This document shows, one piece after another, positions 47,375 to 62,175 of a DNA stretch of 64,000 nt. Numbering within the stretch: the stretch's first letter is position 1; every line of letters begins with the position of its first letter. The translations under genes were made by a program, and so were the position numbers. The notes beneath the pieces were generated by a model. It did not search any database. It saw only the letters and a program-made list of their open reading frames with translations, and was not told where the DNA came from. Source of the DNA: Eledone cirrhosa (lineage: Eukaryota); NCBI GenBank assembly GCA_964016885.1, contig OZ024750.1, positions 26,350,001 to 26,414,000 on the forward strand, in the 5' to 3' direction.

Positions 47375-47439
<65 letters not shown>

Positions 47440-47440
<1 letters not shown>

Positions 47441-50400
47441 TTAAAAGTTAATATAGGGACGATATTTTATTTACGGTTGTTAAACACAACAATATAGAAC
47501 TAAATAGGGTAAAGAAAAATATAATTGAATTCTTTAAAAATTACGACCTTAAACTAGAGGTAGAAAGTGGTACCAAAATAGTTAATTTCCTTGATGTTAC
47601 CTTTAACTTACACTCTGGGTTTTATTACCCTTTTCCTAAGCCCAATGAAAACTTAAATTACGTTAGTTATTACTCTAAACACCCTAAATCTGTGAAAAAC
47701 GCAATTGTAAATAGTGTACAAAAACGCATAAATAGAATATCTGCCAGTAAATCAATATTTGATAGAAAAAGAAGGATATTACAATGATGCGCTCAGAAAG
47801 GCAGGTTATTAAAATAATATAGAATATATAGACAATAATAATCTGAGTCTTAATCCTGATAAAAATAATGGCATATATAAACGAAATTCTAAAAATTCTA
47901 ATAATTGTAATTCAAACACCTGTACTGTGAATAAATCGGGGAAAAGAACAAGAACTAAATCAGTTATATGGTTTGCCCTCCACCTCCCCTGCTTCTGTAG
48001 CAGTAAGAACACCAATTGCTAATCCATTTTTTAAAGCTTTAGATAGTTCATTCTCTAGTCAACATAAATACGACTCCATATTTAATAGAGACACAATTAA
48101 CTTGTCTTATTCAACAACTATGAATATGGCCCAAATCATCGCTAAACTAAACAGTATAATTCTAAACCAAAATCAACATAATGCTATTAATAATCGTGTT
48201 AATATAAATAATAATAAATCGAAATGTAATTGTAGAAATAAACCGGATTGCCCTCTGCGAAATAATTGTCTGGATAGAAATCTGGTGTATAAATGCACCG
48301 TAAAAACAAATAACACATACAACTACATAGGAGAAACTTCTTCGACATTTAAATCGAGATTTGCGAATCACAAATGCCCATTTTCGAATTTTAATAGGAA
48401 GTCTTCGATTCTTTATCACAACTTATATGGTCATTAAAAGACAAAAATTTAAAATACTCGAAATTTTGGACGAAGCTTTGTAATAGTAAAATATATACGA
48501 ACTCATTTATATCAATTAACTGCAACCTCTGTACAAAGGAGACCCTATTAATAATTACTAATTATGAAAACTTAACAAAAAAAGTGAATTATTCTCAAAC
48601 TACCTTCATAAAGCTTTGTCTACATTCCAAGCCTCGCAAAAAGTCAGGAAAAAACATTAAACAATCAGGCCTTAATTTTTAACGTCTCTTATCAACTATT
48701 GGGTCTAAAAAGTCATAACGGTCTATAAAACTTTAATAATGCTTTATGTTCTAATCATTTATGATAGAATTAATGTTAGAATGAACTATACTCTTTTGAT
48801 AATCTTGTTTACTTGATAAATATGCATACCTTATGATTTTTTGGATATTTATAATTTTGATTAAGATCTTTATTTATCTGTCTCTGTTTTAAATATATAT
48901 AACTTGTAAATTTATTGATTGTAATTGAACTGTGGATCATTCATGCGTTTGCATATTTTACATATTTTACTCATTTTGAGTATGTTTTGGAGGACTCAGA
49001 AAGTTAGATTTGCATTTATTTATTTTTTTTTTTTTTATATATCTAGGTATAAATATAACAAACCACAATAGTCGACAAATATTTGTCTCTCTCTCCACTG
49101 AACTGGAGGTAAAACTACAATTATAGCATTACTAATAATGATTATAATTATTTTTGATTAAATGTATACCGTTTCATTAATACCTATAATAATATCTCTA
49201 TATAGTTGTACAAATATCTTTATCTAGTGTAATAACATACTCGTAGTTACATTTATAAATAATTTAGACACTCAAATGACTATATATTGTTAATATTCCC
49301 TGGAAGTTCGAATTTATATAATGATTTTTTACTTAATATAATATAATTTAATTTAAATTATTTTATTTTAATTAAATTTAGATTACCTTCGGCTTTTTCA
49401 AATATTTAGCTCCTCTTTCTATAACATTCGCTAAAATATTTTAGATATATCTTTTGTCTACTATATTAAAATTCTATTACATTTATAATATATTTTTAAT
49501 ATTGGGCATCTTTAAATTTCGCAAACAATTCATTTTCTTTTATTTGTATATTTATTTTGTATCTTGGCCCTATCATTAGGACTCATATAGTTTTGACTTA
49601 TATGTTTATAGTATATATCAACTAAATGAAAATAATTGATATAAAACATTAACTTTTTAGCAATATTTTTTAACAATATTTTTTAACTATATATATTTTT
49701 GAACAATATTTTCAGTAACTTATTTACTATATTGTATTATTGTATATATATTTGAAAGGTATCACCTCAATTATAAACAAATAATAAACTATAATCCTTG
49801 TATATTTTTTGATCAACACATATATATAATTAAAATTCAGACTTCTTTAAGTTTAGTTATAAGGCCGGTTGATCCTTTAGGCACTCAAACTATTTAACAA
49901 TAAATTCTTTAATAATTATAACTATAATTATTTTATAAATTATATTATATAAACTGTTGTCAATATTATAAATAATTTTGGTAAATATTACCTTTGTGAG
50001 GGTATAAAAGCATTATATATTTTCTTTCTCGTGTTACGTAAATCCTTTAAATTTGTTTTCATACAATTTGAATCTTAGAAATTAAACATAATCATAATAT
50101 GAATACAAATACCTATTAACTTTTAAAACCTAAAATATTATTCATTACTCTGAAATAACTTAAATTAAATATTTTGAATATTTACCGCCAACTATATTAA
50201 TTTGGATATATGTTGCATATATGGAAAACTGTATATAAAGTTGAACATAAATTACTCCCCTTTGTCTTTCTCTACTTTAATCATCTTTCATCTGATTTCG
50301 AGTCACCCACTAAATATATTATCCAAACAGCTGTTTCTTTCACTATGCTTTCCTTTCCCTCCTCTTTCTTCAGTAGTTTAAAAAAAATTATAACTGTTAG

Positions 50401-50679
50401 ATTGATGCCATGTATTTTTTAAGCTGTATTACACGCACACTCTCTATTGTTTGTATTATGTTATCTCATGTTCTCAATATTAGGGTATAAATATTGAGTT
50501 TTGTCATATGTTAATCACTACCATGACTGAATCTTAACAATCTACTATGTCAGGGTATGTCATGCATCATCTTATTTTATCTAATGAGGACGTAATGTTG
50601 AACTTAACTCAGTACCTCTGAAATATGTATAATAAAATATAATTGATCACAAGAATATCTATTTTGTTAATATTTTCAA

Positions 50680-50683
<4 letters not shown>
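47440..50683 (+). mobile_element. Decayed PLE, paralog of 7648-10910, with degenerate HHR at 50573-50639
   Basis: ORF 47973-48437 is GIY-YIG; HHR core reads CTAATGA. Confidence 0.85.
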
Positions 50684-50758
<75 letters not shown>

Positions 50759-50877
50759 TAAAATAACAGATTAAAGTTTAAGCAAAGAATCGCTGCTTTC
50801 ACCCTTAACGGGATCTTCTGAAACTAACAAAGTCAATCTATGAATGCAGAATTGAATATTTCAAATTTATTATCATT

Positions 50878-51002
<125 letters not shown>

Positions 51003-51056
51003 ATTATAATGAAATGACAGGAGGTTGGACTTGTGTAAATCCTTGAAAGGTTTCTT

Positions 51057-51114
51057 ATTCTATGATCATTTCAATGACCGGGTTCCGTATGAATCCGGTG
51101 ATATCATAAGGTAT
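51057..51114 (-). ncRNA. Degenerate hammerhead (CTTATGA), family of 14251-14308
   Basis: Reverse complement: atac-CTTATGA-tatcaccgg...ccggtcatt-GAAA-TGATCA-TA|gaat. Confidence 0.5.
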
Positions 51115-51391
51115 TCGAAATATAATAAGTGAATGTAATAGATAAAATCCATGGGGCGGAAAATCAAAGACGACCCGAGAACGACCGCCATCCAGCATCT
51201 TCCACATCTGCCGGTCGATATATATATATATATATAAATATAACAACTAAAAATTGATTAACATATAAATAAAGATGTGAAACAATCAGAGGGGATAAGT
51301 TTTACAAGTGTGTAAGCATACACAGCTAGGTAGGTAACTAAATAAAGTTAACTAGAACTTCAAAAATAGATACCTTATAATATGATATTGG

Positions 51392-51424
<33 letters not shown>

Positions 51425-51559
51425 TATATTCATTAGCTAAGCAAAACAAGACCACAAATTTCACAAGGAAGACATTATTAAAAGATTGTCAACATATTTA
51501 GTTTGATGTAAGGAATGTAGAGAATAATAATGATAATAATATTAATATTAATAATGCCC

Positions 51560-51678
51560 GTTTACAATTGTTTCGCTACTCCGTAAAATATTTCTGGATC
51601 AGATTCTATGTATCATAATTGATCTGGTTCAGTTGAAAATAATTAACATATGTAAAAAACAGAGTGGCTCATCGGAAC
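51560..51678 (-). ncRNA. Hammerhead variant (CCGAUGA) with extended helix II
   Basis: Inverted copy of 52053-52173. Confidence 0.65.
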
Positions 51679-52052
51679 TCAAAGGAATATAGTTTAAAAT
51701 AATGTTACATAATATAATGTTCCATATATTAGTTTTTACTATGGTGCCTTTGTTTCATCAGCTGTCAGCCATAATCAAGCAGTACTCATCTGTCGAGCAT
51801 ATAACTATAAAATACACACAATCTCTAATCTCTCGAGAAGTTACTTCCCCTGAAACCACCCTCTAATTAGTAAGGTAAATATGCGCTTTGGCAGCCATCT
51901 TGTTACCCATAGGCAGATCTCACACAATGCAGCCTCGACAGATGAGTACTGCATGATTATGGCTGACAGCTGATGAAACAAAGGCACCATAGTAAAAACT
52001 AATATATGGAACATTATATTATGTAACATTATTTTAATTTATATTCCTTTGA

Positions 52053-52173
52053 GTTCCGATGAGCCACTCTGTTTCTTTAAATATGTTAATTATTTTCAAC
52101 TGAACCAGATCAATTATGATACATAGTCATCTGATCCAGAAATATTTTACGGAGTAGCGAAACAATTGTAAAC
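52053..52173 (+). ncRNA. Hammerhead variant (CCGAUGA) with extended helix II
   Basis: gtt-CCGATGA-gccactctgt...acggagtagc-GAAA-CAATTG-TA|aac. Confidence 0.65.
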
Positions 52174-52483
52174 GGGCATTATTATTATTAATATTATTAT
52201 TATTATTATTCTCTACATTCCTTACATCAAACTAAATATGTTGACAGTCTTTTAATAATGTCTTCCTTGTGAAATTTGTGGTCTTGTTTTGCTTAACTAA
52301 TGAATATTTCCAGCTCTGCGCACCTATCCTCTGCATGAACCCAGCCACCTAGCTGCTTTCTACTGCATATTGCACATTGAGCACATGCCTTTACGCTTTG
52401 GCTTCTAACTAACTCACCAATCTTTCCTTTCATATCTCCTCTACTATCTCAATCTCTCTCTTTAAGATTGGTTACTCTTGAAC

Positions 52484-52542
<59 letters not shown>

Positions 52543-52628
52543 CAAGAATGAAGTGTTTATTCTACTGACATGGCTATAAAATTGAGGGCTGTTTGCATAA
52601 TTGCAAACGAATCGAATGTTATTATTTA

Positions 52629-52732
<104 letters not shown>

Positions 52733-52898
52733 TGCATATATATATATATGCATATATATATATATATATATGTGATCTGAGTTTTTCGAATACTAATAAC
52801 ATTCGATTCGCTTGCAATTATGGAAACAAGCCAATTTTATAGCCATGTCAGTAGAATGAACACTTCATTCATGCTTCTGTGTTGGCATGCGAACAGAA

Positions 52899-52939
52899 CT
52901 GCAGACCCTGTTTCTGGGTATCACCCTTCATCAGTACAG
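52899..52939 (-). ncRNA. Hammerhead ribozyme in the EGF-exon cassette
   Basis: Reverse complement: ctgta-CTGATGA-agggtgataccca-GAAA-cagg-GTC|tgcag. Confidence 0.7.
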
Positions 52940-53265
52940 CCCACTATTCTCCTGCAAAACCATCAGAGCCAGTGAAAAAAAATGCTATTTTCAAAAATAG
53001 AGTGACTCATCGACCTGATTTGCATATTAGCAGACTGGCTGATATATACCAATATATACGCAACAAAGCCTGCAGCTCCATACTCCTTCGCTGTCTCCTC
53101 TCCCTCTCTCTATGTCCCTCTTTCAATCTACTCTCTTACAACTACTATCTCTTTCTCTCTATCTTTCACTCTCTCTTGTGTGTGGGGGTGCAGGTGTGTA
53201 TGTGTATGTGTGAGTGTATGTGTGTAAATATGATGTTTAATATAGACATTTTATATATATTTCAG

Positions 53266-53400
53266 AATGCGCAATAGGAAGATTTGGATTTAATTGTAGA
53301 AAGACATGCCATTGTATCAACAACACAAACTGCGGCAAGCGAAATGGAAGTTGTTCAGATGGATGTTCTGCAGGTTATACTGGTAACAATTGCCAAGAAG
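53266..53400 (+). CDS. Laminin-type EGF exon, phase 1-1
   Basis: ECAIGRFGFNCRKTCHCINNTNCGKRNGSCSDGCSAGYTGNNCQE; ttcag / gtatat. Confidence 0.9.
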
Positions 53401-53558
53401 GTATATCATAAACTTGTTACATAATTACGATAATTACAAACACACACATATATATATATGTGTATGTGTGGGTGTTGCGGATGCGGGTGTGTATGTGCAT
53501 GCGTTTGTGTGTGTGTGTAAATATGATGTTTAATATAGAAATCTTATATATATTTCAG

Positions 53559-53693
53559 AATGCCGAATAGGAAAGTTTGGTCTCAATTGCATTAGGACAT
53601 GCCAGTGTATCAACAACAAAAACTGTGATAAGCGAAATGGAACATGTTCAGATAGATCTACTGCAAGTCATACTGGTAACAATTGCCCAGAAG
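53559..53693 (+). pseudogene. EGF pseudo-exon (donor GG, 7th Cys lost)
   Basis: ECRIGKFGLNCIRTCQCINNKNCDKRNGTCSDRSTASHTGNNCPE|ggatat. Confidence 0.75.
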
Positions 53694-53720
53694 GGATATC
53701 ATAAACTTGTTACGTATTTA

Positions 53721-53824
<104 letters not shown>

Positions 53825-53956
53825 ACACACAGACACTCACACAGACACACACACACACACATACACTCACACATACACACGCATACAGTCACACACGCAC
53901 AAACTCACACACACATATATATTTTCCTGATGATTACGTTTGAATGAAATAGTTCT

Positions 53957-54323
53957 ACTGCGACCTGATTTTATGTGTGTGTCATTTTAACGGCTTGACC
54001 GCATGCGTTGGGCAGGAAGCGAAATATTTACTTGCTGTAAGGCAAACTTATAGTATGGAAATAAGCTGTCTGAAGATCCATTTCTTTACATTGGAAATTC
54101 TCTGGATTTCCAATTTTTGGAATGGTGAAACCGTCGGTAACAGCAATAGAACAGGTGATTATTTAAATCGTTTTTTAATTTATTTAAAAAATTGTTTTAT
54201 AACCGCTTGCTCCGCTCTTTTTATATTGTTCTGGTATCTCAAATTAGTACCATCGAACCACAACTATTATAAACACCTTGCATATTTCTACAAGTACGTA
54301 ATGCCTGTTGAAGTATTCATCCA

Positions 54324-54421
<98 letters not shown>

Positions 54422-54952
54422 AAAGAATAGAGGTGTAACACACAAGTTATTATATATTGGTAAACGGAATAGAAAATGCTGACAAATTGTTCACAGTTGA
54501 AAAATGGTTTAATTAGGAATAAAAGAGTATTAGTGATTGTATGGGTTAGTATTCAGTTGTGGTTTTAAGTTTTTAAGTTTTTACCGGTTGCGCATTTGTA
54601 AATGCTTTTCAAAAATAATTTTGAGATAGAGTGTCCGTGCTGTTTGCTCTGATCTGATTAGTTTTGGGAATTCTACCTGTTTTTATGTTAAAAAAATGGC
54701 TCCAGCGTTATTTTTGTGTTGCAAAAATGCTTGTGGTCAAAACAATTTTGATTGGTCGGTAGAGGTCATGTGAATGTAAAAAGTTGATGTTGCGCCAAGA
54801 CTGTTTTTATGTTAAAATGTTAGAAAAGTGGCTCCAGCAAAAATTATGGTCAAAACAATTTTGATTGGTCGGTAGAGGTCATGTGGATAAAAAATTGGTT
54901 TTGCGCCAAGATTGAGAAATGACTCTTTCACAACAAATGTGTGTGTGTGTGT

Positions 54953-55028
<76 letters not shown>

Positions 55029-55103
55029 GTGTAGTAGTAGTAGTAAGGTGTTCAATGCTGCGACAATAGCCACCAGCGATGTGTGTCAAATGGCTATTAA
55101 GAT

Positions 55104-55143
<40 letters not shown>

Positions 55144-56006
55144 ACATACACACAGCAGAGTCATTCGAAGGTCAAAAGATATTTTTCAGCTTTTGTCTTA
55201 TACGGAGAAGTGCGTGTGTGTGTTTGTGTGTGTGTATAAGTCTCTTTGTATGTTGATGTACGCGTGTGTATGTGTTTGTGTATATATGTGTGTGTGTGTG
55301 TGTGTGCGTGTGTGGGTGGACCAGTATTTTTTCCCCCCCTGGTAAAATGGTGTACATTATTCGATTTTTTCAGTAAAATCGGTTCTCTTAATAGAACATC
55401 AACAATCTTAACAATAAAAGGTGTGAAATGATATTCACTATATATATATACACACACACACACACATATATATATTTTCACTACATATATATATATATAC
55501 ATATATACATACATATATATGCACATATATTTTTTTGTATTGCACCATAGAGCATGTGTGTTTACGTGTGTCATTGTGTTTATATGTGGGTAGAGATGTG
55601 TGCTGATGTAGGTATGTATGTTGACGTGTGTATGTTGTGGGTTCGTCTTAGGGAGAAGTGTTTAGACGGGGTCCGTATTTGTTAATGAAGTAAGATTCCT
55701 TGCTGATGCGCTGGGTGTGGGTGGCATTATCTTTAAATTTGTAGAGGGGAAAGATTCTGAAGTTGGGATGATTTTGGGCGGCGCAGGTATCAATGTGTTC
55801 ACTCAGTGGTATTTTCCTGTATTCCCGTATTTTAATTTGGGATCTATGGACAGTCATGCGTTGGCGGAGGCTGTTTTTGGTCTGGCCTATGTATTGTTCT
55901 CGACAACCTGAACAAGTTAATACATATATTAAATTTTCCGATGCACATGTGAAATTGTGTTTTACTATAAAACGTTGTCGCAGCATCGAACACCTTACTA
56001 CTACTA

Positions 56007-56070
<64 letters not shown>

Positions 56071-56553
56071 TTGTTGTGAAACAGTCATTTCTCAATCTTG
56101 GCGCAAAACCAATTTTTTATCCACATGACCTCTACCGACCAATCAAAATTGTTTTGACCATATTTTTTGCTGGAGCCAGTTTTCTAACATTTTAACATAA
56201 AAACAGTCTTGGCGCAAAATCAACTTTTTACATTCACATGACCTCTACCGACCAATCAAAATTGTTTTGACCACAAGCATTTTTGCAACACAAAAATAAC
56301 GCTGGAGCCATTTTTTTAACATAAAAACATGTAGAATTCCCAAAACTAATCAGATCAGAGCAAACAGCACGGACACTCTATCTCAAAATTATTTTTGAAA
56401 AGCATTTAGAAATGCGCAACCGGTAAAAACTTAAAAACTTAAAACCACAACTGAATACTAACCCATACAATCACTAATACTCTTTTATTCCTAATTAAAC
56501 CATTTTTCAACTGTGAACGATTTGTCAGCATTTTCTATTCCGTTTACCAATAT
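53957..56553 (-). mobile_element. Copy-2-specific PLE insertion(s): GIY-YIG fragment between ~600-bp inverted repeats
   Basis: 55648-55975 encodes FTCASENLIYVLTCSGCREQYIGQT..LRQRMTVH; 54452-55068 is the reverse complement of 55975-56553. Confidence 0.8.
54065..54144 (+). ncRNA. Minimal hammerhead ribozyme, intact core
   Basis: gctgt-CTGAAGA-t ccatttc..attggaaat..atttccaat..ggaatgg t-GAAA-CCGTCGG-TA|acagc. Confidence 0.85.
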
Positions 56554-56574
56554 ATATATATATATATATATTTA

Positions 56575-58400
56575 GGTTTGTTGGTTCACCACTGGATAGA
56601 ACTGGTCTTTCCATATGGTCAACCTCGATGTAATATTATGGTGAGCACTCGACGTAATGCAACTCAACTGTCTTCGTTTGTGTAGTTGGTGGTGCGAGTA
56701 CGGAGTTAATTATTATAGAATAACTGGAGGCTGGACTGGTGTAATTCCTTGAAAGGTTTATTATACTATGGTCATTTCAATGACCGGGTTCAGTATGAAT
56801 CCGGTGACATCATCAGGTATTCAGAATATAACAAAGGAATATAATAGACAAAATCCATGGGGCTGAAAATCAGAGACATGAGGACGACCGAACATTCAGG
56901 AGCTTCTACCTCAGTCGACCGCCACCCAATTGATTCTATACAGATGAGAGATGTGTATTTACGCTTAAACAATGAATCAATCTGTTACAATTAATAATGT
57001 ATGTCCGGTGTTACTACGTTAGCATAGCAAATTGCATTACTAATGATATAGAATAGTGATACTTTTACTATTATGAGGGTGAATTGCAGTCGTTGAAAGA
57101 TGTAGTGAACAATTAAGTGGTTATAATAGTCTTAAATATGCTTAAGTTCAATTATAACATATCATATATAAACGCAAGCCTCTCCGAGATATTACCATAC
57201 CAAACAAGTTAGAGGTGTAATATCTTAGACGGTTAACATAAGACCATACGTTAGGAAGAACGTCTGTAGACGCATAGCTTAAAAAATACGCACTAGTGGG
57301 TATATTCATATATAAACATACGTACGCACGTGTTTGTACATCCTCCAATGCATATACTCGTAAATATACGCAGATACATAGGATAGGTGTACATGCACAC
57401 ATGGTAATACGAGGTACGTAATTTAGTGAGTACCAGTCATAAGACACAAACCCGTATTCACACGCTGTAGTGCATTTTGATAGAATCCTTTACATTTCCG
57501 GAAATATTCGTTGTCCAACCATATCTTAAATTTGAAAATGTCATTGTTTTAAAAGGAGATTTGCCCCCTCCCTTCAATGAATAAACAAGTTCCGTATCAA
57601 GGGTTCCCGCATTTTTTAACTTGCATTGATTCATTGTCAGATGTAAATTTCGCCTTAATCAACAGTATTTTTAAAGTTAGGTGCTTGGCGTCTACTATAT
57701 AGTATTTGTGAGTCTTTTATGAGTGCTTTCATTTTGGAGGATTGCTTGAGAATCGGGAGATATTGTTTAGAGTCTTTCACGATGTTGAAGTTCCATGGAT
57801 TGTAAGTGACGATAAAAGGGATAACTGCTTTTTCCCTTTTATTTTGTAGGTTTGTTTTTCTCAGTTTTGTCACTGGGCTATTCTGGGCCTTGGAGATAGC
57901 CGTATTGATGAAGCTCACCGGATAGTCTATTAAGGAGCTCTTTTAGTTCATATAATCTTTTTTCCTATAGTGTGGTTTGTGTTACTATGGTGCAATTGCG
58001 TTTTGTCATATTATAGGGAATGTACCTTTTGGTATGTGAGTGGTGTGCCTACCGGAAATTCAAGTACTGGTGTGTGTCTGTTCGTTTGTAAAATAGGTTT
58101 GTTTTTATATTTTTCCCTTCTTTATTGATAGTGATACCCCAAAACGGTCGTTCCTTTTTGTTTCAATCCATGGTAAATTGTCTTGCTTTGTGAAGCCTGT
58201 TTATGATGAAATGGAATCTTTGTAGGTCTCCTTGGCTTCTATTAAAGAAGATGAAGCAGTCGTCTAGGTAACATTTCCAGTTGTTATTAATGTAGTTGGC
58301 AAAGTCGTGACTGAAAGCTTCTTGCAGCTGGGAATATAATTTTACCTCTAGGTGAAACAAGACAAGTGTTACATATGATGGGGCTACTTTGGTGCCCATG
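56575..58400 (-). mobile_element. Decayed PLE, paralog of 14060-16130
   Basis: MGTKVAPSY...YLDDCF; IPFIVTYNP. Confidence 0.85.
56763..56820 (-). ncRNA. Hammerhead ribozyme, paralog of 14251-14308
   Basis: Reverse complement: atac-CTGATGA-...-GAAA-TGACCA-TA|gtat. Confidence 0.7.
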
Positions 58401-59322
58401 GATGTTTCTTTTGTGTATGTATGTATATATATATTCCTGCGATTGTCTGTTTTTTTCTTTTTTGTTTTCTGTTATTCCGAACTATATATATATATATAAT
58501 ATTTTACCTTTGAACAGAATTATACGGACTACATCCCGGTTATATCATGATCATTTTGTTGATCCCATTTATGTTATTTGTATTTGTGACTACACTGGTC
58601 ATGTACAGGTATGTGATTTCTTGTATCAATAAAATTGTTAGAAGTAATTGGTGAATTTCAATCTGTCTGATGTTTAGATTTAGAATCAATAAAATTGAAT
58701 TTTTCTTTTAAACTTTTTTATATTGTGTAATTGACCTCCGTATGTTTCAGCGATGAGTTTTCAATATGAAAACTTATTTTCCCAGTTAGGTTGTTCGGTG
58801 AATATTAATGACCACGTATAATATTAAATGTACTAATTGCAGTCGTTTGAATAATTATTGCCTCATAATCTGACCAGGACATTTAAAAGATTTTTTTTTC
58901 ACACATAATTGAGTCTAATATGTTAGAATCTTAAAAAAAATATCCTTAAAAAATACTCGTACGAATTAAATACGAAATTTTCAGTCGAAAACAAAAGCAA
59001 ATTATTTCAAATTATATAATTTTGAAAAATAGACGTGAATGTTCTCAAAGACTTGATCTCAGTCGAATAATCATTTTTTTTATTTTTATTCTATATTTCA
59101 CTGTTAGCTGTTGCCATATTTTGAGTGGATAGACAATTCTGCAATTCAAACTGTAAAGTCAAAATATAAAAGATACAAAATGTGAAGGATTTCTTACCTT
59201 TCTCTGGAATCACAAACTCAAGGGAAAAATAGTACCTTGCAAAATAAAGTGCTTCGATCACAAACTTAGTTGCAAAGAATAAATTGAGATACTTGGTGAC
59301 AGTGAGCAAGGGAAATCAGTAT

Positions 59323-59363
<41 letters not shown>

Positions 59364-59549
59364 GATAGATACACACGCACGCACATGCACGCCCCCCCCC
59401 ATACACACACATAAACTTGTGTGTGTATGTGTGTGTGCGCCTTGTTTTTGATACAGAGAGAAGTTTGTCTCCAGTTTATATTGCCGTATTACCGGGTCAA
59501 AGGCCACAGTTCTGTTCAACAACGTAAATTGACAACGCCATACACAGAC

Positions 59550-59689
<140 letters not shown>

Positions 59690-59909
59690 AAGTATGTATG
59701 TATGTATATATACATACATATATGTATACAGACGTACAGTAGTATGTATATATATACATACAAGCACACACATATATATGCACGTATCGGTTTACCGACC
59801 ATTTATTATAATGCTCGGTTTTTTTGTTTGTAATCAAACAAACATCCCGAATTACGCCGTACAGTGTTTAGGCAACCACGTCACCTTTTTGTTCAACACT
59901 GACACAGGA

Positions 59910-59952
59910 ACGATGACCTAGTTTCAAGCTTATTAGCTATCGTCAGCATCGT
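59910..59952 (-). ncRNA. Hammerhead-like motif, paralog of 17849-17891
   Basis: Core identical to the copy-1 motif. Confidence 0.55.
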
Positions 59953-61569
59953 ATATCTTCCTGCCAGATGGTTGAACATCTGAAACTCGCTACTCCCCTT
60001 ATGCATATTAACGCTGAGCAGCCTAATTTGCATATCGAGTGAGTTCAGTCGGCCGGGCGCACCGAAAACGATAAATGGAATAGAATGAAACGTCTCAACG
60101 CTCCAAAAGCTTGAAACGCCCCCTAACTACCCTTGTTCCCTAACGAGCCTTTGCTCCCAAACGCCACTCCTGGAGCTCCGAAACGCCCCCCCCCCCCCCG
60201 GAGTTCATAAGCCTCTCGTTGAGAACCTTTTGGTTTAGACAGATAGCATATTAGATTGTATAATAAAAATCACCGATTTGGCTGAAGACCAAACAATTCC
60301 AATGGGGATGTAATTGTTTAAATCTAACGCAGGATAAGCAGATAATTTGAGCACAATTCAAGGACACATATTTTAGGGCGAGCTAGATGTAAATATATCA
60401 AGGTCACTACTCATAGAAAGTTTGTCAGGGACGAAAGAATGGAAGTCAAGTTTCTACTGAATGAGATATAAACTGTGTATGTGAAAGGATATATGTCATT
60501 ACAACATATCATTAAGAAAAGCTCGCTACCGCCTCTGCTAACCAAAACCTTTCGGAAATTAAATAATATCCTAATTATGAAGAAACCAAATGTAATATTC
60601 TATTATAGCTTTTCACTACGACATTAGTCTATCTCAAACCCATCTGGAGATAATTTCCTGTTTAATAACTGTATAATTTACTGAAGTTGTGGTTTACTAA
60701 TTGTATTCCTTTTCTGTTGTTGTTTAGGTCAGTCATAACTAAGGACACCTATCATCAAAAACATTTCAGTCATCACCATACTAACATTTAGGTGCATTAC
60801 GAACAACATTATGTGTTTTTGACTGCTTTCTTTAGCAGTTCGAGCGGCTATAAAGAAAGTGTCCGTGCCACTTTTAATAAATATGTTAACCATTCAAATA
60901 ACTTTCTAACAAATAAATACGCAGAACCAATTAGATATACCCAGATCTCAGACATTTGTATCTGTCAGGTTTTGACTCATACAAGACACTCAAATACATT
61001 TACCTCATGCATTATCCTTATTCAATAGATCATGTTATAGACATTATCTCAATAACTATATATTCCCCAAACCCAGTTAAAATAAAATTTAAAATATGGG
61101 ATAACACTCATTCTGATGAAGTCTCAGCCAAGTAACATCAAATATATTATCCAGAAATTAAATTATAAAAGAATATTAACAATTTTTTAAACAGTTACCA
61201 ATTTGCACCAGCACTGATGCAAAGGCATATTGCGTAAGGCATATTGCCTATAAGAAATATGATTTACATGGCCACGATAATATAAACTAGCATGACATAT
61301 GTATTGAGAAACCGAACCGATTTGCAATACAAGACTGTTACTTATTCTATCGACTATTCAGTAGCGGTGAAAATCACATTCGTATCAGAACATAAATGAG
61401 TGAAAATAAATGACACAAGAACATATTTTATATTGGTTAAAATAATTATCTTACCTAGGTTAATTGTTTCAATTATATAAGAATGGAGGAATTAGATTGT
61501 TCGATGAGAATATCTCTCTGGGAATTATTAATGATACGAGAAGTTGTCTTCGGTTAGAAATAAATAATT

Positions 61570-61740
61570 GTTTCTACCTTTGGCACAAGGCCAGCAATTA
61601 CCTAGTGCATTACTGGTACTTTATTTTATCGACCCCGTAAGGATGAAAGGCAAAGTTAAACCCAGCGGAATTTGATCTCAGATCATAAAGAGCCGTAACT
61701 CTTTGCTGCAAAGTATGGCGTCAGACCCTCTACCGATAAT
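61570..61740 (-). mobile_element. SINE fragment, paralog of 19495-19670
   Basis: Same sequence within the duplication. Confidence 0.7.
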
Positions 61741-61982
61741 GTGTTATAAATATGACTGAATATGAGATTGTGATCAAGTCGTCATTCCCTCGTCAATTAT
61801 TTTTATTTTGTTAAGTACAATGTTATTTAATAATTTTTAAATTTCCTTTTGCTGTAATAAAATTAATAATTAATTTGTAATTTAAATGTAACATGTTTTT
61901 TTTTTTGTCTTAATCTGAAAAACATAGTTCTCAACACTATATTCTAGTTCTCACTTTTACCACTCACTTGTTCAAAATATAG

Positions 61983-62175
61983 AAACTTTCGCCAGGATAA
62001 ACAGGACAAAAAAGACATAGGTAACGACAGCGAAAAAGACAGTAAAAAAGAAAGTGGAAAAGACAGCGGAAAAGACAATTGAAAAGAAAAAGGAAAAGAG
62101 AGCGAAAATAACAGAGGAGAACATTCTGGACAGAAGGGAAATTAGACCACCTAAAAGATATTTCTAAAGATACAG
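61983..62175 (+). CDS. Putative C-terminal exon, short-repeat paralog; stop at 62080-62082
   Basis: Same acceptor and donor as 19913-20464; NFRQDKQDKKDIGNDSEKDSKKESGKDSGKDN*. Confidence 0.45.

Larger units (their letters stand above)
51430..52305. mobile_element. Inverted pair of ~370-bp PLE termini, present only in duplication copy 2
   Basis: 51430-51797 is the reverse complement of ~51935-52305; each arm carries an HHR. Confidence 0.75.
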
